The notes beneath the pieces were generated by a model, which worked only from the letters and a program-made list of their open reading frames with translations, made no database searches and was not told the DNA's origin. From a virus (Duplodnaviria; Caudoviricetes), in the IMG/VR virus record IMGVR_UViG_3300037722_000708, positions 6,001-70,000 of that record: 64,000 bases of DNA, one strand, 5' to 3'. Below, one piece after another: positions 44,569 through 53,966 of the stretch. The translations under genes were made by a program, and so were the position numbers. Every line of letters begins with the position of its first letter. The first letter of the stretch is position 1.

Positions 44569-44729
44569 TCAAGTTGCTCTCTTTTAGTTGCCGCTGACGT
44601 GTCGCCCGCACCATATCGCACAAAAACGAAAGAATCATTGTAAGACGTGATTCTTCCATATTCCTGAGCACCGTGGGGAGCTGTATATTTTACAGCTCGC
44701 CCGATGTCTTCTTCTGTTGGATCAATCAA
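44559..44729 (-). CDS. 56-aa hypothetical protein (below the track cutoff)
   Basis: TTG start; IDPTEEDIGRAVKY...GRITSYNDSFVFVRY; fills the gap exactly. Confidence 0.6.
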   Translation of the reverse strand: MIDPTEEDIGRAVKYTAPHGAQEYGRITSYNDSFVFVRYGAGDTSAATKREQLEWN

Positions 44730-45531
44730 GACTAATCTCTTCTGTGTGTCTATACTTTAGACTCTCATGCGTCATTTTCACATCATTAAATGAGGCATTT
44801 AAGGCTTGCACAAGGTAGGAAATATATACACGGCGCTTGGTTATAGATTTTGCTTTGACCTCGCCCTCCATAAACATAAGCTTGTTCCGGAGTGCAAGTA
44901 TAGGTGAGCTTTTGGGCAAGTTCGCACCTGTTGCTAATCTCGTGAAAAAGTAGTCTGTTTTTGAGTTTCGCATAGAGACTAAATAGTGCACCGCAACAAG
45001 GATAGAGGGAGGTATCTGTATGTCTTTTCTTATCTCAGCTATAAAGGCCGCTGAGTCAAATAAAGTCTTCTCCCTCTGTAGGTACGCTATTGCATCGGTG
45101 GGAGTTATTTTGAGCTTGCGGGGGTGATAGGTGCCATCTTCAAAGTCAAATAAGATACGAAGGGAGGCGGCAATTATTTTCATATCCACCCTGTTAACTG
45201 GCTCAAAACCGTGAATCTTAAGGTGGTCAGCAAGACTCCTCGGTTTACCTGTGTCCATTGTCTTGATTGCGTCTTTTGTTACACCCTCGAATACCGGAAC
45301 AGACACTTTCGCGTTTGCTTTAACGATAGCGTGTAGCCTGTGCTGCCCGTCTAGTAAAGTGCCGTCGTCTGCAATAATAATAGCAGCCCCGTTTACTTTC
45401 CATTCGTTCTTTACCATCTGGTCGGCATAGCGGTCAATCGTCTTGTGGTTTAGATAGCGATTAACGGTGTTCTTGTCAAGCAGTTTCAGTGCTTGGTTTC
45501 GATCGATCTGTTGGATTGTTTGTTTATACAT
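44722..45531 (-). CDS. ParB-like (DGQHR motif) DNA-associated protein
   Basis: NR.LN, YADQM...EW..NG and LLDGQHRL.AIV motifs. Confidence 0.7.
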   Translation of the reverse strand: MYKQTIQQIDRNQALKLLDKNTVNRYLNHKTIDRYADQMVKNEWKVNGAAIIIADDGTLLDGQHRLHAIVKANAKVSVPVFEGVTKDAIKTMDTGKPRSLADHLKIHGFEPVNRVDMKIIAASLRILFDFEDGTYHPRKLKITPTDAIAYLQREKTLFDSAAFIAEIRKDIQIPPSILVAVHYLVSMRNSKTDYFFTRLATGANLPKSSPILALRNKLMFMEGEVKAKSITKRRVYISYLVQALNASFNDVKMTHESLKYRHTEEISLD

Positions 45532-45949
45532 TTTTCACCTCTGGTTGTTTTTGGTCAGCAATAAACGCAATGCACCGCATAAGCTTTGCACGAGTCGGCT
45601 TGTCTTTAACATTATAATATGTGCGTACAAGCGTTAGCGTCTCTTTGTCGTACGTTAAATCGACAGGTATATCACTATGTGGCAAGCTTGCGTGCTCCTT
45701 TTCAATCCCCGAAAAGAAGAAGTTGAGGGGCACACCTAGTACTTTGCTGAAAGTGTACAGCCGGCTTGCACTTACGCGGTTAGCTCCGCGCTCATATTTC
45801 TGTACTTGCTGGAATGTTACACCAACGGAACTCGCTAACTTGTCTTGGCTCAAACCCATAAGCATTCTGCGCTCGCGGATACGCTTGCCAACATGCTTAT
45901 CTACAGAATCCGCTGTTCCTTTTGTTTTTCTAATCATAATAAAATCCAC
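45524..45949 (-). CDS. XRE-family HTH regulator (alphaproteobacterial type)
   Basis: VDKHVGKRIR.RR...GLSQ..LA..VGVTFQQVQKYERGANRVSASRL. Confidence 0.92.
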   Translation of the reverse strand: MDFIMIRKTKGTADSVDKHVGKRIRERRMLMGLSQDKLASSVGVTFQQVQKYERGANRVSASRLYTFSKVLGVPLNFFFSGIEKEHASLPHSDIPVDLTYDKETLTLVRTYYNVKDKPTRAKLMRCIAFIADQKQPEVKNV

Positions 45950-45961
45950 TCTTTTGTTGTA

Positions 45962-45998
45962 ATAACTAAGTTATATAACATATATCATGAATTGTGAA
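45962..45998 (-). promoter_or_regulatory. Promoter with operator (45962-45974) upstream of the XRE gene
   Basis: TTCACA-17-TATAAC overlapping ATAACTAAGTTAT. Confidence 0.8.
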
Positions 45999-46005
45999 AT
46001 TTTAT

Positions 46006-46260
46006 TTAGGTTATTGGTTTTTCTTCACGTAGCGCCCAAGCAAGGCCAAGCAGGTATCTATCGGACACAGGCTCCCCCTCCATTATGCGACGCAGGGTCT
46101 CCGAACATACCTCAGCAAAACGATTGCCCTCTATGGCACACGAACTAAAAGCCTCTTGCATAAGCATCAGTTTAGCAGTTCCTAAACTGATTATAAACGT
46201 GTGTGCTAAATGAGCGCAGGGATGCACTTCACCAACTTTTAGTGTGCCTCTAGAACTCAT
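46006..46260 (-). CDS. Hypothetical protein
   Basis: 84 aa; GEPVSDRYLLGLAW motif. Confidence 0.6.
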   Translation of the reverse strand: MSSRGTLKVGEVHPCAHLAHTFIISLGTAKLMLMQEAFSSCAIEGNRFAEVCSETLRRIMEGEPVSDRYLLGLAWALREEKPIT

Positions 46261-46275
46261 CGTATTCCTCTGTGT

Positions 46276-46524
46276 CTAAGACTCTAAGCATGCATTTTGG
46301 TATCTTGTATTCAAAAGTGCAATACTAGAAGAAAGGTCAGTCCTACAATTGTAGCCAGACCAACCGTTCGAGACAGCGCCATCGGTGTAGCAAATGCTGT
46401 ATGCAAAGCCTTTAACCTCGCCCGACTCTATACGCTTTCGGATGCTTTCAAGGTCCTCAAGCATGTCAGCTAAGGCTTCTTTCTGGTTGTCTGACATTCG
46501 CTGAGTTAAATCTACGAGTTCCAT
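46276..46524 (-). CDS. Hypothetical protein
   Basis: 82 aa. Confidence 0.6.
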   Translation of the reverse strand: MELVDLTQRMSDNQKEALADMLEDLESIRKRIESGEVKGFAYSICYTDGAVSNGWSGYNCRTDLSSSIALLNTRYQNACLES

Positions 46525-46946
46525 AGTTTGTCCTTTAATTCGCGAACAAATTCAGCGCATGTCGTGAAGTGCGTCAGTTGCAGGAATTCTTTTTTGGAAA
46601 AAAACTCTCTCTTGCCCACTAAACGCTCCATGTCTTGAGTGTTTTCAATTAACCACCAGCCTACATTATTAACCCTAATCCACACATACGCGAGACCGCC
46701 TGCCTCTTTACGCGCAACTGCCCAGTTCAACTGCTCCTGACTCATATCAACACGCACTGCTGTGCTATCACGGACAGGAAGCTCCCTAAGTTGTTTTCCT
46801 TCAAGCCAGAACTCTCGCCCCCGCCAACAGACATTAGAATCTGGGATACCAGACGCTAGTTTATCCTCAATTCTTTGGATGTCGCAACCTTGCAGATCAC
46901 GAACTAGATATTTTCGAAGTGTTCCCCAAGACGAGCTTTCAGACAT
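46512..46946 (-). CDS. PD-(D/E)xK Holliday junction resolvase-like nuclease
   Basis: RIE...SGIPD.N.C..G.EFWLEGK and EQ..W motifs. Confidence 0.75.
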   Translation of the reverse strand: MSESSSWGTLRKYLVRDLQGCDIQRIEDKLASGIPDSNVCWRGREFWLEGKQLRELPVRDSTAVRVDMSQEQLNWAVARKEAGGLAYVWIRVNNVGWWLIENTQDMERLVGKREFFSKKEFLQLTHFTTCAEFVRELKDKLWNS

Positions 46947-47484
46947 GGACTTTGCTATAGTTGGCTGTGAACATGTTGGCAGGTAGACAATGCGTCTTCA
47001 TACCGTCAACTATTATATAATCGCCATTGTTTACTCTAAACAACTGACCTTGAGCGGCAAGTATACCTGTGGTAATGTTAAGGTTTACGTCTTCCCACTC
47101 GTTGGCGTATGCGTAGTCATAAAGTAATTGACCTGCAGGCTCCAGAACCTCTACCTTGTCTCTGTCAGGAATTATATCTGGGAAGAAATTAAAAGGGGAC
47201 ACTTTCCTGTGGTAAACCTCTGTGCCGTCTTTCTTTTGGAATTGAACCCAGCCATGCGGTTTTTCTCGTTGTTGGTCTTTTGACACCGGGCCGGGCGCTT
47301 CCCTCAATGTGAGCCAGCACAAACTGCTCTTCTCTAAGTGTTCAATGAAGTAGTGCTTTCCATCTTGTGACAAAACCACTCTTGGCTCTGGAATAGTTAT
47401 GCCTTCATATTCTATATCTGGATGCCATTGGAACGCTTGTACTTGTTTTGGCAATCGGTCGTATTTTTCAAGAACAGCTTTCAT
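46939..47484 (-). CDS. Hypothetical protein
   Basis: 181 aa; VQAFQW and GDYII motifs. Confidence 0.65.
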   Translation of the reverse strand: MKAVLEKYDRLPKQVQAFQWHPDIEYEGITIPEPRVVLSQDGKHYFIEHLEKSSLCWLTLREAPGPVSKDQQREKPHGWVQFQKKDGTEVYHRKVSPFNFFPDIIPDRDKVEVLEPAGQLLYDYAYANEWEDVNLNITTGILAAQGQLFRVNNGDYIIVDGMKTHCLPANMFTANYSKVHV

Positions 47485-47939
47485 TTTCTTTTTAGTACCT
47501 CCGTTATATCGTGTAAGACTTTGACCAAGTCTTGGATGACCTCGACGTTTTTACCATTCACAAAACGCATTATAGAAGACGTCCCCACCGCCCCCGCCAT
47601 TTGTGGAACCACAGAGCGTATTGTGCTTTGGTGTCCCAGCGCGGTTGTTAGCATCTCGTCAAACGTGTCTAAGAGAGCTTTTTTGAATTCATCGTCAGGC
47701 ATTTCCTCAGTTTTGAGAGTTATGGCAAAGTAGATGCAGGTTGCAAGCGCAGCATTCAAAGTGACACTAACGCCCTGCTGATCTTTGTTTTTCATAGCCT
47801 CGTTAAACAGTAAGCACCAGATGGCGGGGGCAATATGCATCATGACGCCTGGGAAGTGAAGCTTTACCTCCTCCATTATAGCATCATGTCTAAATTCCGG
47901 ATCAATCTGGCTTAGTAGTTTCTCGAAGTCTACAGGCAT
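47481..47939 (-). CDS. Hypothetical protein
   Basis: 152 aa, ATGA-coupled. Confidence 0.6.
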   Translation of the reverse strand: MPVDFEKLLSQIDPEFRHDAIMEEVKLHFPGVMMHIAPAIWCLLFNEAMKNKDQQGVSVTLNAALATCIYFAITLKTEEMPDDEFKKALLDTFDEMLTTALGHQSTIRSVVPQMAGAVGTSSIMRFVNGKNVEVIQDLVKVLHDITEVLKRK

Positions 47940-48259
47940 CCCTTTACCTTCCAGCCACGAGTTGGATGCAAATACTTAAAGACTTGTTTTCCCATCAATT
48001 CTGCATCAAGGCTATTATTCTCGTTAAAATCGTTTAGTTGTGTTGCCGAACGCAAATTATTCTTTATTCTAAAATAGCGTTCAAGGCGACGAAGGCTGGT
48101 TGGGCTCGAGTTCCTACGTAGTAGCAACTTATCACCGTGCGTTTTATGCTTGCGTCTTTCGGGACGTGGTTTACCGTCTTTAGGCAGGACAGGGTAGAAA
48201 CCAGCCTTCGGCTTTCTTTTCCATCTAGCTATATCTAGACTTCTTTGTTCTTCATCCAT
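47930..48259 (-). CDS. Basic hypothetical protein
   Basis: 109 aa, Arg/Lys-rich; YLHPTRGW. Confidence 0.6.
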   Translation of the reverse strand: MDEEQRSLDIARWKRKPKAGFYPVLPKDGKPRPERRKHKTHGDKLLLRRNSSPTSLRRLERYFRIKNNLRSATQLNDFNENNSLDAELMGKQVFKYLHPTRGWKVKGCL

Positions 48260-48830
48260 GTTTTATCTCTCCGTCACAGGTTGCATTTGGGCAGCGTATT
48301 TCTTTACCTTCAAGCCATACATTGGACGCTCTAAAAATGAAACCGCAGTCTAAGCATTCACATTTTATCTGGCGTGTTGTCTGTTTCTTCTTACCACCCT
48401 TAAGAATAAACCTGTGCTCTAGAACTGTTCCAGGATAAGGACCAATCGCGTCTAAAATATCTTGCGCCCATTCAAACCATCCAGGCCCCGCCTCTGTTGC
48501 TGTCATTTGGCCACATAGTCCTAAAGACGTTGCGACACGCCTAAACTCTTTGCCGTGCCCCTCGCCCTCTTCCATAGCCGTGTGCACTAGCTCGTGTGTC
48601 AAAATATCAGCTATTCTAGCAGCATCCTTTTCTTTTGGAGCAATAAAAATTTCAAATGTGTCATCTTGTGCACAATCTGCACTCCAACACTCGCCAATAG
48701 CGCGTGACCTTTCTCCTTTTGAGGTAAACCCGATGGAGGCGCGTATTCTTTCCGGCAGGGGGCTGCCAACTCGTTCAAAGTGAGGACGAGCTCTTTCGAT
48801 AAAAAGTTGTAGCCATTGTTCCCTAGTCAT
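48252..48830 (-). CDS. SprT-like zinc metalloprotease
   Basis: EIFI.P, LTHELVH, GHGKEF and C-terminal CxxC..CxxC. Confidence 0.8.
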   Translation of the reverse strand: MTREQWLQLFIERARPHFERVGSPLPERIRASIGFTSKGERSRAIGECWSADCAQDDTFEIFIAPKEKDAARIADILTHELVHTAMEEGEGHGKEFRRVATSLGLCGQMTATEAGPGWFEWAQDILDAIGPYPGTVLEHRFILKGGKKKQTTRQIKCECLDCGFIFRASNVWLEGKEIRCPNATCDGEIKHG

Positions 48831-48837
48831 AAGTTAA

Positions 48838-49029
48838 TCATATGGTTACTGTTTCATTTCTCAAAGCAGTTTTCCAGTAACGTGTGTAATCATCTAAGGA
48901 TATTTTACGAGAATCGTAAAGGTCGGTCATAAGATCGTTTGTTCTATGGTCACCAGATAGGAGCATCACTGATCCGCACCAAAGATTACCTTCTTCGTCA
49001 ATAACTGGTTCAGTGCAGCTTACCAACAT
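48838..49029 (-). CDS. Hypothetical protein
   Basis: 63 aa, packed operon. Confidence 0.5.
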   Translation of the reverse strand: MLVSCTEPVIDEEGNLWCGSVMLLSGDHRTNDLMTDLYDSRKISLDDYTRYWKTALRNETVTI

Positions 49030-49255
49030 ATCCCCCACTTGGGTTCGCAAGGATTTCTTTGTTGTCTGTGAATAGCAGAGCCCACTCGTAGTCAATTAAA
49101 TCCCAATCAAGTTTGCTTTTTTTATTAAGATCGTTAATTGCTTTAACCCACCTCATGCCATCCACTTTAGAATCGAAGGTAATATTGTCTGTTTCGACAA
49201 CACCGTTTAAAGGCGACTTATTATTATATTCTTTGATTACTCTTAATACAGGCAT
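49010..49255 (-). CDS. Hypothetical protein
   Basis: 81 aa. Confidence 0.55.
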   Translation of the reverse strand: MPVLRVIKEYNNKSPLNGVVETDNITFDSKVDGMRWVKAINDLNKKSKLDWDLIDYEWALLFTDNKEILANPSGGYVGKLH

Positions 49256-49258
49256 TTA

Positions 49259-49531
49259 TTAACCCATGAAGCAAGCAACAATATTAGTCGCTGTTGTGCC
49301 GGTGTGCATAACTCTTTTCACAAGCAAAGGATGGTAACCGGTTTGTGCGCCCACATAAGTTACAGGAGCTGTATCATTAGCTAGGATGACTGTTAAATCC
49401 CCTGCTGTACCGATATAAATTCTCGCTATTTTGGCCAGATCAGCTGTGTCACTGGGCTCGACAGCGACTGCACTAGGTGTGGGAGAGCACCAACCGGCTC
49501 CTTTGTCGTCAGTTAATGTAACTTCTTGCAT
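49259..49531 (-). CDS. Head-spike base protein (RcGTA Rcc01079-like)
   Basis: AV.PSD.ADL, IYIGTAGDLTV and PL.VKRV..TGTTAT.IVA motifs. Confidence 0.75.
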   Translation of the reverse strand: MQEVTLTDDKGAGWCSPTPSAVAVEPSDTADLAKIARIYIGTAGDLTVILANDTAPVTYVGAQTGYHPLLVKRVMHTGTTATNIVACFMG

Positions 49532-49585
49532 TTATACCTCCTATTTTATTAGGACATTATGAGGATAAAGAGGCTCGGGATCAAC

Positions 49586-51559
49586 TCATTTTGCCTCACT
49601 CCAGTTATTACCTGTGGACGCCGAGGCAAATACTGGGACGGCTAGCGGCATGGAGGTTTCCATTATATGCTGCATTTCCTTGAATGCCTCTGTGCCAATT
49701 GCTGTTCGCGGAATGGACACATTCATTTCGTCGTGAACTGTAATATGCGGTACAAGAACCTCGAACAAACCGCTCTCGTACATCTCAACCATAGCTTGTT
49801 TCATGAGGTCAGCCGCTGATCCTTGCAATAATGCGTTCAATGCTTTGTGCGTTTGAGCGCGGCGCACACCATACCGCGATGGGTGCTCTAGCTTTTCAAG
49901 CAAGGCATCGTCTTTACAATTAAACAGCTTATTATTGTACTCCCACTTGGTGAAGCGCCTGCGTCGTCCAAGTATTGTAGTGATATGGCCTTTCTGAGCA
50001 GCTCGCCTGGTGGCTGTATCATAGATAGCTTTCAAGAACGGCATCTCCGTGTGGAAAGTGGTCAAGATTTTCTCGGCTTCGTCAAAACTGCAACCGAGTT
50101 GAGCTGCCATGGTCGCGACACCCATGCCGTAAACCACGCCGAAGTTGACACTCTTTGCTTTCTTACGTTCAACACCTGATATCTCAGCCGCTAGCTGGTG
50201 GAAATCTGTATTGGCATCATTGCGGTACATGTCCACAGCAACGCTTGCATCTATGCCGGGTGTCAAGTGGGCATAGTGCACACAGAACCTATACTCGATC
50301 TGCGACCAATCAGCAGAACCCCAATCATGATCCTCCTCAGGTATGAAAACAGATCTAAGAAGAGGCCCCATAACAGGATCACGCGCCGGAATATTCTGAA
50401 GGTTTGGGTTGGAGGATGAGAAGCGCCCGGAAACTGTTCCATAAGCATCAGACCTAAGTTGATTAAAGTTGCAGTGGATACGCCCGCTCACATGCCCGTC
50501 TAAGATATAGTTGTTTAAGAATGTGCCGCCAGTCTTCTCGTACCCTCTTTGCTTCGTTATCAGCTGCGCTATTACTGACGGGTGAGCCTCAAGCCAGTCT
50601 TTACGGAAAGAGGGGTTTCCGCTCAGTGTTCTTGGATAGGGTATTTGGAGCTCGTCAAATGCAGACGCGATGGACGGTCCTGACCACACATCAACATGAA
50701 GCCCAGACACACGGGTTATTTGTTCTGAGGCTTCTTTGCCCGCTTTTTGTATCCAGTCAAGAGCCTCCTCAGCCTTCCCAATATCTACACGAACACCGCA
50801 CTGCCGCATTTGTATAAGCAGAGGAGTTAGTCGGCTTTCCATCTCGAAAAGAGAAGTTAATCCCTGTGCCTCCAAAGCAATACACTGCTTGTCGTAGATC
50901 TCAAGTGGCAAAATGGTGTCCATCTCCCCATAAGTGGCTGCGTGTCCTGGGTCAACCATATCCATATGACGAATAAAATCTTTGCCATAAACAGACCCAA
51001 GACTCTCTGTGAGCTTTCCCTCTCCAAGATATTGCTGCGCCAGGACTTCCAGCTTGTATGAGCGCTTGTTCTCGTCAATCAAAGGCTCTGCTGTCTGCAC
51101 ATCGCGTATCTTGCCTTTAGGAAAACTTATCCCTTGCTCTGCTTTCAACCAGTCTAAGTCGTAAATAAGATTTGCGCCTACAATCTCACCCTCGTATTCC
51201 TTAGCCTCTTGTCTGAATTGGTCCCAGAATTTCTCAGGATTAGCCATACAGCGATCCGTGTTTACATGAGCAGTTGGATAATAGGTTGCGCCCTCTCTGT
51301 CTTTTGCAATTGCAACGCCAACTATCTTACCGTCTTTCCTATGGGCACCTGACCCCATAGTGGACAGTTTGGGATCGAGTGTTTCGATGTCGAGGCCAAT
51401 ACGGGGGCGGTGTTTAAACGTCTGCAATGAGGAAGGGGGCTCGTAGCCTAGTCGTGCAGAGGCGTTTGGGTTCCAGTCTTCTTTTTTGCCGCTCTTACGT
51501 GAGCTTTCGATGACTTGTTCTTCCCAAAAAATTCCAATTTCGTCGCCAAATGCCGGCAT
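49586..51559 (-). CDS. polA: Family A DNA polymerase with 3'-5' exonuclease
   Basis: GLDIET, GRFSSSNPNLQNIP, ADWSQIEYR, AKSVNFGVVYG, LQGSAAD, TVHDE. Confidence 0.95.
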   Translation of the reverse strand: MPAFGDEIGIFWEEQVIESSRKSGKKEDWNPNASARLGYEPPSSLQTFKHRPRIGLDIETLDPKLSTMGSGAHRKDGKIVGVAIAKDREGATYYPTAHVNTDRCMANPEKFWDQFRQEAKEYEGEIVGANLIYDLDWLKAEQGISFPKGKIRDVQTAEPLIDENKRSYKLEVLAQQYLGEGKLTESLGSVYGKDFIRHMDMVDPGHAATYGEMDTILPLEIYDKQCIALEAQGLTSLFEMESRLTPLLIQMRQCGVRVDIGKAEEALDWIQKAGKEASEQITRVSGLHVDVWSGPSIASAFDELQIPYPRTLSGNPSFRKDWLEAHPSVIAQLITKQRGYEKTGGTFLNNYILDGHVSGRIHCNFNQLRSDAYGTVSGRFSSSNPNLQNIPARDPVMGPLLRSVFIPEEDHDWGSADWSQIEYRFCVHYAHLTPGIDASVAVDMYRNDANTDFHQLAAEISGVERKKAKSVNFGVVYGMGVATMAAQLGCSFDEAEKILTTFHTEMPFLKAIYDTATRRAAQKGHITTILGRRRRFTKWEYNNKLFNCKDDALLEKLEHPSRYGVRRAQTHKALNALLQGSAADLMKQAMVEMYESGLFEVLVPHITVHDEMNVSIPRTAIGTEAFKEMQHIMETSMPLAVPVFASASTGNNWSEAK

Positions 51560-51567
51560 AAAACCCC

Positions 51568-52398
51568 CTACGCCAGTGACGCATACAACTGTATTTGTAA
51601 ATTAAGAATTAGCCCGTGCTGTACACAATATCTTGCTGCATACTCATGATTAGCTTGATTTTCTCGCATGTTCAGAAGGCCCGGTTCCCAAAAACTTATA
51701 ACTTCGTCAACTTTAGCCCGTGTATCAATATCAGCATTTTTTGCTTTTTTTGGTGTTTCGTTATAAATATTCATGGGCGATATGTACACAGGTTTTCTTT
51801 TCACTGCAATCCAGTCATGCGCCCAGATGGGAATTTGCGAATAAGCAGAGTTCTCGTCGGCACACATCACGAATTTTAAGCAATCTGCTCGATCGAGAAT
51901 ATCCTCGCGAGGCATTAAATAACGAAGTGCTACGCCCTTCTTCTCTACGCATTTAGGAGATACAACAAGAACAGTGCCTGCAGGTAGATCACCTGGAGGT
52001 TGTGTGCCATTACTTTCTATCTGCACATCTCGGAAACTGTATCCAACAGTGTGACAAAATTCTGTGAGGTTGGGTTGCAGTAAAGGTTCTCCTCCTGTAA
52101 TCACTAAAGGCATCTTACGTCTTATTGCCCATTTAGGCGGCTGCCCCATGTAGTAGTTTTCTATGGTCTCTGTGATTTTGTTGCTGATCTCAGAGAACGT
52201 AATTTCGTCACCTTGGTCAAAGAACGTGTCGCAAAATCCGCAAGCAAGATTACACTTTGCAAGCCGTATAAAGAAAGCGGGTTCTCCTCTAAAAGGCCCT
52301 TCCCCTTGCAATGTCATAAACATCGAGGTTACCAACAGCGTATTTTCGGGGGCATCTTTGAAGTAAGCCCTACCAACTATTTCGTTCTTACCAAACAT
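51568..52398 (-). CDS. queE: 7-carboxy-7-deazaguanine synthase
   Basis: TLQGEG, RLAKCNLACGFCDT (CxxxCxxC), ITGGEP, VVSPK. Confidence 0.93.
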   Translation of the reverse strand: MFGKNEIVGRAYFKDAPENTLLVTSMFMTLQGEGPFRGEPAFFIRLAKCNLACGFCDTFFDQGDEITFSEISNKITETIENYYMGQPPKWAIRRKMPLVITGGEPLLQPNLTEFCHTVGYSFRDVQIESNGTQPPGDLPAGTVLVVSPKCVEKKGVALRYLMPREDILDRADCLKFVMCADENSAYSQIPIWAHDWIAVKRKPVYISPMNIYNETPKKAKNADIDTRAKVDEVISFWEPGLLNMRENQANHEYAARYCVQHGLILNLQIQLYASLA

Positions 52399-53360
52399 TA
52401 AACTTTCCTTCCAATTACAAGACCTTTACAATTAGCTCCTTTCCAAGAGCACGCTTTTGGCCAGTTGCTAGGATCGAAGTGCGTTGCCTGTTGTAATACC
52501 AAAGATAGGTATTTCGGGTGCCACATTGTTATTTCCTCCACTGGCGACTTAATCTCAGCCTCTATTTTCGCATGGCCTTTGCCCGCGGTTATTTTATCTG
52601 GGCAAATATGCATCATATCCTCAGACAGAAGCACGACCATTTCAAAAGCTTCTCTCCATTCTGCTGTTATCTCAAAATCTACGTCCACGATCTGCGCTGT
52701 GAGATTAATAACCATGTCGGGCATCTCTGTGGCAAGCCGCGTTGAGCGAACCCAAGAGTTATCCGCCCAGTTGAATGAAACAGAATTGTCCACAAAAGAC
52801 ATATATTGTAGTTCAACATTGCGTGCGACAATATACTCAACAACCCAGCTTGGCAACGTTATGTCTACATCTTTCGCCCATGATCCGCAAGCAGCACAAA
52901 CCACCGAAATATTATTAGTTGCATACACGTTACCATTCTTTATCCGCACAGCATTTGCCCATGCTTTTGTTCTGTCCTCAGACATGAACTTACAGACGTT
53001 CTTTAAGGCGGGCACAAAACCCCTTGGTACTTGCAGAGGGTCGCCAGCGGGCATGCTGTATATAAAGTCCTCAGGGTTTAGCGTCTCGATGGTTACTCGG
53101 CGTCTGCTCTTGGATATTACTATCTTGTTCTCCACAACTTTAAGCTTAAGATCTTCCTCACCCAAAACGGTGACTGCTTGGTAAAACTCTTTGGCTGGCA
53201 CCATAAAAGAGTCCTCGAAGTCAACCTCAGCTGCTGCCGTCATTCGCGAATTTGTTGCGAACATCATTCCGGATCGCACACAGATATGAGATAGATGTGA
53301 CGCATCATTGGGCGCTACGGCCGCTTTTACTTTAAGGTATGCCTCGAGAAACGTTGCCAT
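52398..53360 (-). CDS. Sliding clamp (DNA polymerase III beta-like)
   Basis: 320 aa with repeated ATN motifs and three-domain periodicity; replication context. Confidence 0.6.
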   Translation of the reverse strand: MATFLEAYLKVKAAVAPNDASHLSHICVRSGMMFATNSRMTAAAEVDFEDSFMVPAKEFYQAVTVLGEEDLKLKVVENKIVISKSRRRVTIETLNPEDFIYSMPAGDPLQVPRGFVPALKNVCKFMSEDRTKAWANAVRIKNGNVYATNNISVVCAACGSWAKDVDITLPSWVVEYIVARNVELQYMSFVDNSVSFNWADNSWVRSTRLATEMPDMVINLTAQIVDVDFEITAEWREAFEMVVLLSEDMMHICPDKITAGKGHAKIEAEIKSPVEEITMWHPKYLSLVLQQATHFDPSNWPKACSWKGANCKGLVIGRKV

Positions 53361-53361
53361 A

Positions 53362-53958
53362 TCAGATCAGTCCTTTATCCACACATGCCCAAAACAATTT
53401 GCCAGTTGCGCGAACATCTTCCATAGCATCGTGCGCCCCTTCAAAGCCAGCCGGATCAACGAGTATTTTGTAGGCTTCCATCAAAGAAGGCCATTTGTAG
53501 CCGCCCCTTGTTGCATTAGGTATTTTAAGGACAGGCGTCAATGCTTTCATAGTGCACAAATGAGGCTTCTCGCGGTACAATGTTTGATCGGCTGCTATAC
53601 GGCTATATGCAACCAGCATAATGACCTCGTCGAATGCAACATTGTGGCACACACATTTATCCGCGTTCCTAAGTAGCTGATTAAACATAGGGATCACCAC
53701 TTTATACGACAGCCCATACTTCTGTACTATGTCATCCGTTATGCCATGGACATCACTTGCCGCTTTGGGTATTGGAGCAACCACTCCTCTAAATTCGGGT
53801 AATGCTATAAGATTAATCTCAGCCAAAATACGCCTTGTGTCGTCATCAAACAGCTGTGCTCCGAGTTGTACTAGGTAGGGTTGGTCTGCTCTTCCTAGAT
53901 TTTCTTTGCCTTTGTGAAAACCTGTTGTCTCTGTATCAAATACTAGCGTGGTTGGCAT
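53362..53958 (-). CDS. DEDDh 3'-5' exonuclease
   Basis: FDTETTG, CHNVAFD, AHDAMEDV. Confidence 0.9.
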   Translation of the reverse strand: MPTTLVFDTETTGFHKGKENLGRADQPYLVQLGAQLFDDDTRRILAEINLIALPEFRGVVAPIPKAASDVHGITDDIVQKYGLSYKVVIPMFNQLLRNADKCVCHNVAFDEVIMLVAYSRIAADQTLYREKPHLCTMKALTPVLKIPNATRGGYKWPSLMEAYKILVDPAGFEGAHDAMEDVRATGKLFWACVDKGLI

Positions 53959-53966
53959 CTTTTCTC

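Noticed and set aside
44722-45531. DndB/phosphorothioate system because of the DGQHR motif
   Set aside because: No dndA/C/D/E or ssp genes are present; the motif is shared by generic ParB-like phage proteins.
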